The notes beneath the pieces are model-generated. The model was not told the origin of the DNA and searched no databases. It saw only the letters and a list, made by a program, of their open reading frames with translations. A stretch of DNA of 64,000 nucleotides from assembly GCA_002633005.1 (NCBI GenBank), contig NMRA01000336.1:146601-210600 (forward strand), in the 5' to 3' direction. Source of the stretch: Phoronis australis (taxonomy: Eukaryota; Animalia; Phoronida). Shown piece by piece: positions 26,538 through 39,205 of this stretch. The position numbers and the translations under genes are program-made. Positions within the stretch are counted from its first letter, which is position 1. Each line of letters begins with the position of its first letter.

Positions 26538-26835
26538 CCCCATGAAGATGTTTGCGGCAAGCTTGCAGCAATGTGTGCGGCTGGGTTGCAGGAATTGTTC
26601 CATATAAGGACATAGAGATGTTTGCTGCAAGCTTGCGGCAAACTTCATTTGCATGGTAAAAGTTTGCTGCATGTTTGCGGCAAGCATGCGGCCAGCTTGC
26701 GGCAATGTTTGCGGCTGGGTTGCAGGAAATTTGCATCCACTCTTTGGTCAGAGTTGATTCTACGTGTTTGTGGCTGGTTTGCAGAAACTTTTGCACCAAG
26801 CTTGCGGTAAGCTTGCAGCAAGTGTTTGCAGGAAG
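26538..26835. repeat. array of TTGCGGCAA/TTGCAGCAA motifs related to the foldback termini
   Basis: Begins CCCCATGAAGATGTTTGCGGCAAGCTTGC, resembling 22199-22235; many tandem and inverted motif copies. Confidence 0.65.
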
Positions 26836-27604
26836 GCCTTTTTTTAATGCACGACTGGCGTCTTTTTAGTAACACTAAGACTTACGCTATGTCACCTTGC
26901 TAAAATCTAGCTTAAGTCACATGAGAACTTGAAATACTCGGAAATTACCTCACATAATCTCGTGAAGTCTTGCTTTTTAGTAAGGTCCTGAGCATTAATT
27001 ACTTAGCAGGGGACTGTTTACTCGACTTTTATCCAAAATGGCCTCAGGCATTCAATTTCCACTGAAGAATGTCAGTGGACTTTATATTCAGTGAAAATTG
27101 GTTACTGGCAGCATCTTGAGGAGGGAACCGCGTACTATACTTTTAATGCTCTTCCCGCAGTTTGACACTACTAATTTTCTCTCCCCCTCCCCCCGGTCAC
27201 TACTAATTGATGCCCCAAACGTCATGCAGTTCACTAAGCAAGATGACATGCCTAGAGCACAGGCTATTTGTGTTTGATACTCAATGCTTTGAAGAGAATC
27301 TCAATCGGCTTAATGATCGATAAATACTCGATGGGAGAATTTGATTTCACAGATGTGAGAACAAATCGTTTTAGGTAATAGTCTGATAGGTGGGTCCATC
27401 CATAACTCCACAACTAGTCATCTGGTACGTCATTTGTTTTGTCTATTATTAATATAGCCATCCAGGTGTTGCCAGGTCTTAGGTTGGACATCACTGTCAA
27501 AATGTTAGTCTCGTGATTCAAATTGATAGATTTTTTGTTTGTTTCTTAGTAGTGATTGCATTTCCCCTGATTGTTTGATGGACAATCTCAGTGATTACTT
27601 TCAG

Positions 27605-27730
27605 GTAAACTTCTCAAATTGTGAAATCCACATCTTACAGTCAGCTTGGGAGCAAGGGATGCGAAAAGAAAATTCTGTAGAAGTCAACGAAACTGCCAAT
27701 AAATTTGGTTGCTCAGAAAGACGAGTCTAG
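27605..27730 (+). pseudogene. exon: divergent homeodomain helices 1-2 (HDX-like)
   Basis: VNFSNCEIHILQSAWEQGMRKENSVEVNETANKFGCSERRV* followed by GTACAG; compare the HDX-type pattern F-T...ILQ.YYE.GM...A. Confidence 0.55.
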
Positions 27731-28303
27731 GTACAGTGATCAATGGGAAATGTTCATTAATAGTGATAGTGTTGACCTCAAAACTAGCAGCAAGGCCAAA
27801 ATTAGACATGCTAACTGAAATAATAAGCAATAACATACATTTGAATGCTCCTGCTTACTTGTAAGTTAGGGACTATTAATTCATCTCTGCGTCTGACAGT
27901 TGCCTCCTGTATCTACCAAACCTCTTGTAAGATCATGTAAATTCAGAGGTCTATGTGTCGATCAATGTGATGGTGGTATCTACTTCCCTATCCATACAAA
28001 ACCTCATTTTGAGAGGAGCACTGCCTACATCCACTTTTCGATTGATTTGATTACTGTACTACCACCTAATGGCAATTGTGCTCTTATTAAATACCTCAAT
28101 TCATTTCAAATTCTTTCAATTATTTTCCTGAATGTATATACGTGTTTGAGAATGTTAAAATAATCAACACCTTTAGTATTTTGCCATTTGTGATGCTCAC
28201 AGTGGGTACATGTCATTGTCATGTGTTGCCCTCATGTTAATTGCTGCATGGGTAAATTGTCAAGTTTGTACCAATTAGCCTAAGACACCCTTTTGGGTTT
28301 GTT

Positions 28304-28551
28304 CAGGCTTGGAATTTTCCTCTTTTAAGAGGATTTCCTCACTTTGGTTTCGATTTCTTCTCATTTAATTTCCGGTTATCTCTTTCTTCTCTCTTTTATT
28401 TTTATTTTGGCTTTATTCAGGCAAAAACGACGTTCCTTTCAGATAACTTTTACAACGCAAACAATATTTCTATCAACAAGTCTATTTATTTGTGGAACAA
28501 TACATCACCTGGAAAATTTTCCTTTTTTATAATTGGTCATTCCAAGCCTTG
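28304..28551. mobile_element. hAT-like MITE related to 25763-26263
   Basis: CAGGCTTGGAATTTTCC...TTGGTCATTCCAAGCCTTG. Confidence 0.7.
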
Positions 28552-29197
28552 TCTGTTGAAGTGTTTGTGTCTTGTAATAATTAATTATTATAAATTGTAT
28601 GTAATCAAATGAAGATGAAACAGAAGATGGATTACAAGGATATTCCTGGACTGCATATTTGCTCCATTAGTGCATAAAAATAAAAAGGCACATTTACATT
28701 GCAGTAGTGCACCCCTCGGGCACATCTTTTAAAACACAGCGCTCTTACAAAAATGCAAGATTCTGGTCAACTTACAACTTACAGCAGGTGAAACATGACT
28801 TAGTTCTTACTTTGATTGGGTTTGGGTTTTCTGATTCGTATGTTACCACTTATCACCTTAATTACATTAAGTCTGCTGGGCTCAAGCTTTTGAAAAAGGG
28901 CACACTTTTTATCAGATGTGCCCAAAGTGAACAGGTTCAAACCAAGGATTCTAAGGTGCATTGAAAATGAGCCGATATATGTATCCTTCTATTGAGTGGT
29001 GCTGTTCAAAGAGTATATTCTCAATTTGTTAGAGCCACCGTGATTGGTCTAATATCTGAGAATTTTGATAAATTTCAAACCAAAATGTATGGTTTATTTG
29101 GCATTCTTTGATTTATGGTCTAGCTCTGTTTGTAATCACTTATTTGCATTTTGGATTTTTCTGTCACTTGTCTGAAACTTTTGATTCTATTTCGCAG

Positions 29198-29768
29198 ACT
29201 TGGATCAACAATTACAGAAAAAAATCACAAGAAAAACGTAGAAAAGACGGAAAACACTTTATCTCAAAGGGAAGAGCGCATACAACCAATTCTGTCATGA
29301 AAAGGGTGAGTGCTATTCTTAGATCCTTTTTGTTCAATTTGCTTCTGAATTACGCCTTGAATTTTATGTACAGCTTTACTAATATGAACAAATTTATGTT
29401 TTGTTGTTGATAAGTAGGACATCATAGCATTATTCATTAAACAACTGCAATTTGTTAGAGTAACTGTAAGTTCTTTCTTGACAGAGTAATCTACTAATAC
29501 TGCATTACCACACGATGGACAATACATATGATGATGGGCACTTTTATGAAACTGAAAGACTTATGTATATATTCATGATGCATTATTTTATCATTTTCAC
29601 TTCTGATCAACAGGTGTTGAAGTAGGGCCTGGTAGGTTCCAGCGAAGGGGGGAAGAGTGGGAAAAACTTTCACTGGATGAAAAGAGGAAATACAAGGAAA
29701 AGTCCTCTGAAGAAGTCAATCCGGGCCCACATTCAAAGAATAAGTTGATGCAAATTTTTACCCAAACA
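29198..29768 (+). pseudogene. two exons: homeodomain helix 3 and HMG box
   Basis: TWINNYRKK /frameshift/ KRRKTLYLKGKSAYNQFCHEK, phase-1 intron 29306-29613, then GVEVGPGRFQRRGEEWEKLSLDEKRKYKEKS. Confidence 0.8.
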
Positions 29769-31240
29769 GTGAGTTTGAGAATTTATTTTGTGCTAACTTG
29801 TATTGTTAATCAGAAATAAGCAAACTGAATTTCAAATGATAGCTTAGCATGTCCTCGATTTTGCATTTTTAAATATCTTCACTGTGTCAAATTGAATTTC
29901 ATGAGATTCTGTTCCTGTCTGCATTATACCAATCTTACTAATGATATACAGACATGAACGAAAAACAAATTTCAGAAGCACTGAGAAACGTTTTTATTTC
30001 AGGTAGAAGACTATTAAAATAATGTGTTAATATAGCTAGACTTATTTGGGACTCTTCTGGCAATAAAGTGAACAGCTTTGGGAAGGCAACACTGGCATCG
30101 TTCTTCGAAAACGCAACAGAAGGTGAGTGAGTCACAGCATGTGGTATGCAAGTTGTGTTTGTTAATTGCTAAAAAGGTTCATGTTATTTTTTGTTGTCTC
30201 AGTTTTTGTTTTGTACTCATCATTCTCAAGCATTTGTAGTTTTGATTTGGGTGCATTGATAACTGTTATTGAGGTTTGTTGTTTATTTTTTGGAAATTGT
30301 CAATATGCAGGCCCTTTGTCTTACTTTTAAGTGCACTCATTAATAAATCATCTATTGTAATTTGTAAAACCACTTTTTTCATCTAAAAGAGGTTTTTAAA
30401 ATGTTTAAGTAAATCTATTCTGAAATCTTCCATGTATAAGTTCCTAATTTTTCTAGAGAAATAATCGTGTACATTAATTTGTCGTAATATTTGTTTCAAT
30501 TAACAGGCAGTCAAAGTAACCTGAGACAACTGTGCAAATCAAAGACCTGAGAGTAGAGTTACGTCATCTGCTAAATGATCTGTACTGTAAGTTAAAATAT
30601 AACTCTGCAAAAACTGCACCATAAATCACTGTTGTTGATCACGTGATGAAGAGATGAATCCTCCGTAATGGGAGAAGCAATAACGATAAGCCTGTGCCCA
30701 ATTTAGGCTCTATCTCCTTACCCGTTGCAAGACCTTCCTGAAATTTAGCAGATGTGTTCCTGCGGACATGGCAACTGATGATGCCCAGTTTCAGACCAAT
30801 CCGACTATAGCTGTGCTCCCTAGTGTAAATTTTATTTTTTACTTTTCCCTCTGGAACTTCAAAGTTCCTTGGTGTTTTTTATAAAATTGGGCTAACAAAT
30901 TTCTATTATGAAGACGACAGCATCTTTATTTTTGTGATGAATTAGTGGTATTCTGCACCAACTAGTGGTCATTTTTCAATGTGTTTTTGTCTTCCGCTTC
31001 TGTGTCTGCCATATCACGCTGAGGGTCATCATGAAAATTGACGGATGTGTTTCTACTGTAAAGAGCATGATCGGCATGGATTTTCAAATTGTGGAACCCC
31101 CTAGTGACATTTTTTCAATCAAAGACTGTATCTCCTAAACCCCTTGCAAGATGTTTTTGAAAATTTTCAGTTGTATTCCTATTAAATTGACAGCAGATGG
31201 GTGTAGTTGACAACTGCTGTTGTTTGTAAAGGCAGTTTGT

Positions 31241-34006
31241 TTTTATGCGCCCACATATTTATATGTGGTCGCATATTGCTGCCGTCTCCGTCTGTCCGGA
31301 CGTCTGGTGTCCGCAGCTGTATCTCCTAAGCCCCTCACAGGAACTTCATGAGATTTGGTAGATGTGTTCCTATGAAGCTGACAACAGACGACGACGAATT
31401 TCAGACCTCTCCGAACATCGGTGTGCCCTGCTAGTGGCAATTTGTTTGTCCTCAATGGATTTTTATAAAATTTGGAAGGCATCTGCCATCCACTCGTTTT
31501 CAGACGGATTCAAGGTACTTTGCGCCACCTAGTGGCCATTTTTATGCGCCAACATATTTATATGTGGACGCATTTTAACGTCATCTCCGTCCGGTGTCCG
31601 TCCGGCATCCGTCCAGCGTTCGCTGCTCTATCTCCAAAACGCCTTAACATAATATGTTCATGAAATTTTGCACATGTGTTCCTTCTGTGGATGGGACGAC
31701 ATGAGCGAACTTTCAGACGGATCCGACTACCGGTGTGCCCCCTAGTGGCAATTTTAGTTTTTTACGTTTACGTTTATCTTCAAAAGTTTTGAATGGATTT
31801 TCATAAAATTTGGTATATAGGCACCTATTAGGAAGATGATGCTATCCTCCTGTTTTCGGATGGATTTGACGTACTTTGCTCCACCTCGTGGCCATTTTTA
31901 CTGTTTTCGAGTTTGTTTTTTTGCTTCTAACCTCTACCAGCCAATTAGCTCAAAGGATGATTGTGAAAATTGGCATGTATGTTCGTACTATAAAGTGGAC
32001 GGCTGACGATGATTTTCCGACGAGTTCAACAATAGTGGCGCCTCCTAGTGGCAGTTTTGTTGTTTTTGTGCTCATGGCTGTATCTATTAAACCGTTTGCA
32101 GGATCTTTACTTAATTTAGCAAGTGTATTTATATGATGTTGACAATGGATGACGACGACTTTCGGATGTATCTGACTTCTGTTGTGCCCCCTAGTGGCAA
32201 GTTTATTTTTTATGTTTACCAGTCTGTATCTTCAAAGGTCCTCAAAAGATTTCCATAAAATTTTGATTATACACATCTATTATTTTTGGATGGAATCAAG
32301 GTATTTTGCGCCACCTGGTGGCCATTTTTGCTGTTTTCAAATCTTGTTTTTGACGTCCACCCCTCGATCAACCAAATCATTCTACGGATGGTTTTGAAAA
32401 TTGGCGTACGTGTTTTCAGTGTGAAGAGAACGTTTGATGATGGTGACTGACTACTGTAGTGCCTCCTAGTGGTAGTTTTGTTTTGCGCCCATAGCTGTAT
32501 CTTCAAAACCCACTGCAGGATCTTAATTGAATTTAGTGAGTGAATTTATATGAAGATAACAGACGACGACTTTCAGGCGGATGGAACGAACGCTGTGACC
32601 AAAAGTGGCAATTTCATTTTGTTCCGTTTTCCTTTGTTTCCAGAAGCTCCTCGACAGATTTTTATGAAACATGGCATGTTCCTGTTTTTGGATGAATTGT
32701 ACGTTTTTGCGCTGTCTAGTGGCCATTTTTATGATACAAATAACCCTAAAAGCACACCATTTGCGATACATTTGTCGGCGCTTGTTACTGTTTTCGAGTC
32801 TGTTTTTTGGCGTCCGCTGTTCTATCAACCAAACTGCTCTAGGAATGATTTTGAAAATTAGCATATATGTTCTCACTGTGAAGAGGGTGACTGACGACGA
32901 TTTTTTGACAACTGTGGCGCCTCCTAGTGGCATTTTTGTTTGTTTTTGCGTCCATGGCTGTATCTTCTAATGAGATTTGGCAGATGTGTTCCCATGAAGG
33001 TGACAACAGATGACAACAAATTTCGGACCTCTCCGACTACTGGTGTGCCCCCTAGTGGCAATTTCAATATTTTTTACGCTTACTAAGTCTGTAGATTTGG
33101 AGGTCCTCAAAGGATTTTCATAAAATTTGGCAGTTAGACATCTGTTAGTGAGGTGATGACATCTTCCCATTTTCGGACGGATTTGGTGTACTTTGCACCA
33201 CCTAGTGGCCATTTTTGCTGTTTTCGGGTTTGTTTTTTGGCGTCCGCCGTTGTATCAACCAAACCGTTCTGGGTATGATTATGAAAGTTGGCATATATGT
33301 TCTTACTGTGATGAGGGCAGCTGACGATGATTTTCCGATGACTTGGAATACTATGGCGCCTCCTAGTGGCAGTGGCAGTTTAGTTTGTTTTTGCGACCAT
33401 GACTGTATCTCCTAAATGCTTTACAGGACCTTTGTTGAATTTTGCTGGTGTATTTATATGAAGTTGAATACAGAGGATGACAACTTTCGGACGGCAATTT
33501 TAGTTTTTTACGTTTAAGGATCGTCAATGGATTTTCATGAAATTTGGCAGTTAGAGGTGACGCTATCATGCCGTTTTCAGTAAAATTCAAGGCATTTTGC
33601 GCCACCTTGTGGCCATTTTTACTGTTTTCAAGTCTTGTTATTTGACGTCTGCCTTTCTGTCAACCAAACCTCTAAGGATGGTTGTGGAAATAGGCATTTA
33701 TGTTCCTAATGGGAAGAGGAAGTCTGACGATTTTCCGACAACTTTATGTACTTTGGTGCCTCTTTGTGGCAATTCTGTTTTTTGCGCTTTTAGCCTCTTA
33801 GTGGCATTTTCATTTTCTCATTTACTTCTGTTTTCTCAGAAGTTCCTTGACAGATTTTTATGAAATTTGGGTAAATAGCTTTGATGACACATACAAGTTC
33901 TCAGATGGATTCGACATTCGAATTTTAAGTTCCAAATAAACACCCCTAGAAGCACAACGTTAGCGGTGCATTCGTGGGCGCATTTCAATGCTCCGCGTTG
34001 CTCTTG
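31241..34006 (+). mobile_element. Helentron-associated non-autonomous element (HINE/DINE-1-like) with internal tandem array
   Basis: 5' TTTATGCGCCCACATATTTATATGTGG, GTCY microsatellite-like tract, 3' subTIR GTGGGCGCAT plus hairpin CAATGCTCCGCGTTG and CTCTTG end; sits in a T run with no TSD. Confidence 0.8.
31541..32784 (+). mobile_element. HINE nested in a HINE of the same family
   Basis: Second 5' end TTTATGCGCCAACATATTTATATGTGG inside GGCCATTTTT; partly deleted 3' end ...GGCGCTTG at 32784, after which the host monomer resumes (TTACTGTTTTCGAG). Confidence 0.75.
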
Positions 34007-36169
34007 TTTTACATTTGTCTTTGACGGATTTACATGAAATTTGACTAATAATTTTGAGAGACGACAACACTTTCCCATTTTTGAATGGGTTTAATGTATT
34101 CTGAGCCATCTAATTGCTATTTTTGTGATACAAATATACACCCTCAGGTTTTAAATGTTGCATTGTTAAATTCTTGTTTCAACAACCAAAAAAACATTCA
34201 CGAGTACACCCTATTCTCCATGCTACACAGTTAACTTTGTATTAACATAAAAATTTAGTTTTCACATAAGCTTAGGGGAAATTTGCACCAGATCAAGTGT
34301 TTGCCTACACTATTATGATTTTTTTGCTTAAATGGTTATATAAACTTTAGACACTACAATCCTGGGCCCTTGGGCACACATATGTCAGATTAGCGCAATG
34401 AATATTGGTTGTTGAGTTACAATTTAAATGTTAATCTATTGCCTATGTTCCATTAAAATATGTGCTTAAACCAGTTAAATTTTTCTTTGTAGCGACTGCT
34501 GTGGGAGTCTTCTCGAGCACCCTACTAAAGTCTGAGGGAGGAAAAATATGTAGTTATAGGAACCGGGCTTGTACTGAAAGTGGAAAGGTAAACAGTGTTA
34601 TGAATTATGTGCTTATAGATTAATTAAGAACTATGGGTAAATATAATTTGGTCCGGGTTTTGTTTAACATGTTTGTTAAGGCTGTGTATGGCCTCATTGA
34701 CAAGTCCCTATTTTTAACCAACAGTCTTTAAATATATAGAAGTTAAAGGAGAATGCCACCCGATTTAATTAGTCTTTTTTACCGTCTTAATCGGCCTATA
34801 TCCACATCGCCTCTTATATGGTCGACCTCACCTTGCCGAGAGGTGTCGTGTTAACCTGTGAGGAAAGTGAGAAACGACACAGCGACGTCAGTGGTTCGTC
34901 TGCAGGAATGCCGCTATATTACGGTGCATCGTTCCCGCTCGTCCGAACTGTGAAGCTGCGAAGAAAGCGGGTATCATAATCGTTTTTTCGACTTCCTTGA
35001 GTGCCCAAAATGCTTAAGATGTGGCTCGCGGTGGTGAAGAATGAAAGGTATGCTGTTTTATAGCAAGTAATGGGAGGCCGTGAAACATCTCTGTGTCTGT
35101 GTGGCCGGCATTTCGTTGACAGTGATTTCTGTGACGAATTCAAGCTTACCAAAGAACTATCCATACGTTCCATTGCCTGTGCACATTCACGGCACCTCTC
35201 TAGTATTTCTTGATCAATGTATTCCGGTTCGAACTGATAGCCTGTGAAACCTAACGATACGACCCGTAAAGTATTTGTGGGATGAGCTCTTGACTAAGTC
35301 GGGATTGGCGCCAGGCGAGTTGCCATGTAGACGTTAATTATTCTGCGTTCTGTTTCAAAATGAGTTATTCTCATCCTAACCAATGCTTATATAAAACTGA
35401 AACAAAGTCCATCTCATTAGATACAATTTGTAATGCCTTTGCAGTATTTGTGAGTGCAAATGTTGAGAAGCCAGCAATGAATAAACCACTGCGTTACCGG
35501 CTTTTGATGCCGGCAATAAAGGTAATTGACCAGGCACCAAGGCCGTGTGAGCACATGCTAATTCAGTGTTTGCTGACAGAAAGCTGTTGTGAAACAATTA
35601 CTCGATTTTATTATGCTATGGTCATATGTTAGGGGAATCTTTATTTAGAAATACAAATACATTATTCAAATCATTCTTACTGTACAACTTTTTCCCTGAC
35701 GGTCTGTGGAAGGGGAACCCGACTTTGCGGCCCCCAAGTAAGTAGATTTTCAGTTTTGTGGCTAATTCTCATAAATAATAACGTGCACATTATTTCTTTA
35801 GCTTACTATTATAGTCGTGACTGGAGGTTTAGTTTCCAACTCGAGCTGGTTTATGTTTGTGCGAGTCCCGGCGACTGCGACGGGCATGATCAGGTTCCGA
35901 GCCGTGCCGAAAGCATAACGAGTCGGTCCGGCCGCGACGGGCCTGATCGGGTTCCAAGTCACAGGCCAAGATAACGAGCGTTTTATGTGTTTAGAACTCA
36001 AAAAACCACAAGTCTAAACAACACAGATCTAGGTTCTCCTGTCTGTATTTCACGAAGAATACTTCAAATTTATTTCTGAACAGACCCCAAACTCCTGCTA
36101 TGGAACTTTGTAGGCTACGGTGTGTCCAAATACCAATAAATCTGTAACCGCGAAATAAAATCGCACGTT

Positions 36170-39100
36170 TTTATGCGCCCACATATTTATATGTGGACGC
36201 ATTATGCCGTCATCTCCGTCCGTCCGTCCATTCGCTGCTCTATCTCCAAAACCCTTTGACATACGTTCATGAAATTTGGCACATATGTTCCATTGATGAA
36301 TGGGACGACATGAGCGAACTTTTGGACGGATCCGAGTACCAGTGTGCCCCCTAATGGCAATTTTAGTTTTTTATACTTACCTTTATATCTTCATGAATGG
36401 GACGACATGAGCGAACTTTCGGACGGATCCGACTACCGGTGTGCCCCATAGTGGCAATTTTAGATTTTTATGCTTTGTATCTTCAAAAATCCGTTAGTAT
36501 ATAGGCACCTATTAGTGAGATGACACTATCCTCCCGTTTTTGGATGGATTTTAGTTTGCGCCACCTAGTGGCCATTTTTGCTGTTTATGAGTCTGTTTTT
36601 TGCGTCCACCCCTCTATCAACCAACCGCTCAAAGGATGATTGTGAAAATTGGCATGTAGGCCTATGTGCTTACTATAAAGAGGACGGTTGACGATGATTT
36701 TCCGATGATTTCGACTACTGTGGCGCCTCCTAGTGGCAGTTTTGTTTTTTTTTTGCGCCTATGGCTGTATCTCCTAAACCGTTCGCAGGATCTTTACTTA
36801 ATTTAGCAAGTGCATTTATATGATGTTGACTACGCCGACGACGACTTTCCATGTCGTGAACACATTCACTACCACAAGAAACTGTAGGAACACTGCATTT
36901 ATCCACCTTCACTCTAATCAGGCTTCTATTATGAGTCAGCATGCGTGAATAATTGGCTGATAAGCCACCTCTGGAACTACTTTTGACTGAATGGATGACC
37001 AGGCCATAAAATGATGATTAGCCAGTTAACTAATGCAACAAAGAATAAAGTCGTAGCATCGCCTAGCCTTGGTGGAAAGCTGTATACTGTATTGGCTCTA
37101 ATAAACGCTTAGAAAAACTAATTTCACGGGGAAGGGACGCTTATTGTAGCCTAAGGCAGTTGAAACCTGGTTTCCCAAACAGGTAAAATCGGAAGCTAGG
37201 ATTCATCAAAATTTATGCTCTGTGACGTATTTGTAGCATATAATAGTCTTTCTACAAAATTGTGGTGCATTGTTATCAAACTCCGTTGTTAAATTACGAT
37301 CATGTTTCAGAAAATTGTGCTCATCACAGGGCGAAAACTTGCCAACTGATACGTCGCTGAATCTTGATCGTCAATAGAAAAAACTTGAATTCTTGAATAA
37401 AAATATAGTTTCGACTCAACAAATTTCCTGAAATCTTCCTTATGTTTTACAATATTTAAGTTCATGTGGAGTCCAGATTAATTGCGATTAAGTCCAAATC
37501 TGCACTACATCGTACCCCACAACACGAGAAAAATCTCTGGATGAACACACATGTTGTTGTCACGTGACATTTGTTTTGAAGTTCGTCTGCGTATGAGAGT
37601 GAGTGAGCGTGCGTGTGCGGGTCATCGACGACAGACGTTTTGTTACAAAAGGCGGAGGATTAGTCAAGAAAATGGCGTTTACTAGATTGTTTTCACACTT
37701 AAACGGCTGCAACGTGCAAGGTGAGTGCTGGTTAACTCACAGATTTTGTGTGCACAGGCCGACGGTCGTTAGCTCTACCATGGAGTATTAATAGTCCAAG
37801 GCTCGATCTACATGTTGGTGACGAGGTGAACTACCCAGGCTGTGTGAAATTTCTGGGACTTAAACGGAGACACTGACGCAGTGGTCAGCCAGCTCACTGT
37901 ATCAAGACTCATAGTCAAAATCCAAATTCGTTTTATCGTGTCCCTGTCAATAATAACGGCATGCTAAGGTTTCTTAATTTTCGTACTTCAGGAACATAAC
38001 AAGCACGTGTTTTGTACACATACGCGCATGCCGCAGATCAAATCTCGGAAATTTCCGATTTGACGGATGACAATGAATGAGCACAATGAAATTAAACAAC
38101 ATCGTTTTACAGCTTGTAAGATTCATAATAAACATATTTTGAATATTGCAATGCATGTGTTCCAAAATCTAAATAACTTGGGTCCTATATTTTTGTATTT
38201 GTGCACACCCAATGAAAGTAATCGTGAGTGTTGCTGTGTTGCAAAATCTTTTATCCTGGGCCGATTTGAAAAATTCAAAGTTGTACTCATATTTTTTTTT
38301 TGCTCCTCTTTTCAAATATTACAGTAAAAACTACATAAAACTCTCCATAAAAAGTACAGTCTGCTTGGCTAGACTGTAATCAGCTGATCATCCGCATGAG
38401 CAAAGCCAATTATCCTCGCTCGTGACTCGATGAATAGAGCAGCTTGGCGGCATCCCTTTGATCGTGAGCCGAGCTCGACTCAGCCAAGGTGGATAAATAC
38501 GGTCTAGTTCAATTTTACAAACCCCACAGTTTACCCTGACAGGCGGGGTTTGGACCAATCTTATTTAGTGGGGATGTTTATAGCATGTCAGACAGATCTG
38601 ACTACTGCTGTGCCCCCTAGTGGCAATTTATTTTTTTTTACGTTAAACACTGTATCTTTAAAGATCCTCAATAGATTTTCATAAAATTTTAAATATAGGC
38701 ATCTATTGTTGTGATGACGCTATCTGAGGTATTTTGCACCACCTAGTGGCCATTTTTTGCTCTTTTCAAATCTTGTTTTTGGCGTCCACCCCTGTATCAA
38801 CCAAATCATTTGAAAATTGGCATAAATGTTCTCAGTGTGAAGTTGACCTTTGATGATGGTGACTGACTACTGTGGCACCTGCTATTGGTAGTTTTGTTTT
38901 GCGCCCATAGTTGTATCTCCTAAATTTAATAAGTGTATTTATATGAAGATAACAGACGATGATGATTTTCAGGCGGATCCAAAGGACACTGTGTCCACTA
39001 GTGGCAATTTCATTTTATTCTGTTTTCCTTGTTTGTCTGAAGTTCCTTGTCAGATTTTTATGAAATATGGCATATGTTCCTGTTTTTGAATGGATTGTAT

Positions 39101-39205
39101 GTTTTTGCACCATTTAGTGGCCATTTTCATACAAATAAATAACCCTAAAATCACACCATTTGCAATGCATTCATGGGCGCATTTCAACGCTCCACGTTGC
39201 TCTTG
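36170..39205 (+). mobile_element. HINE nested in Kolobok copy B
   Basis: Same 5' end, (GTCC)n tract and 3' ATGGGCGCATTTCAACGCTCCACGTTGCTCTTG; absent from the equivalent site of copy A (~15848). Confidence 0.85.
36850..38587. mobile_element. TIR element with 2-bp TSD (TC) nested in the HINE
   Basis: TC|CATG...CATG|TC interrupts a HINE monomer; diverged inverted arms include ATTTATCCACCTT / AAGGTGGATAAAT. Confidence 0.6.

Larger units (their letters stand above)
30690..34145 (+). mobile_element. old degenerate HINE copy hosting two younger ones
   Basis: 30690-31200 and 34010-34145 resemble the internal monomers and 3' region of the younger copies. Confidence 0.5.

Noticed and set aside
22241-26875. 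Many short ORFs with repeated CCNLAAN/AASLQQ peptides
   Set aside because: Translations of TTGCNGCAA subterminal motifs and foldback arms, not genes.
31241-34006. Regularly spaced conserved motif with variable intervening DNA read as a CRISPR-like array
   Set aside because: The intervening segments are homologous to each other (trimeric repeat), 100+ bp long, and bounded by HINE termini.
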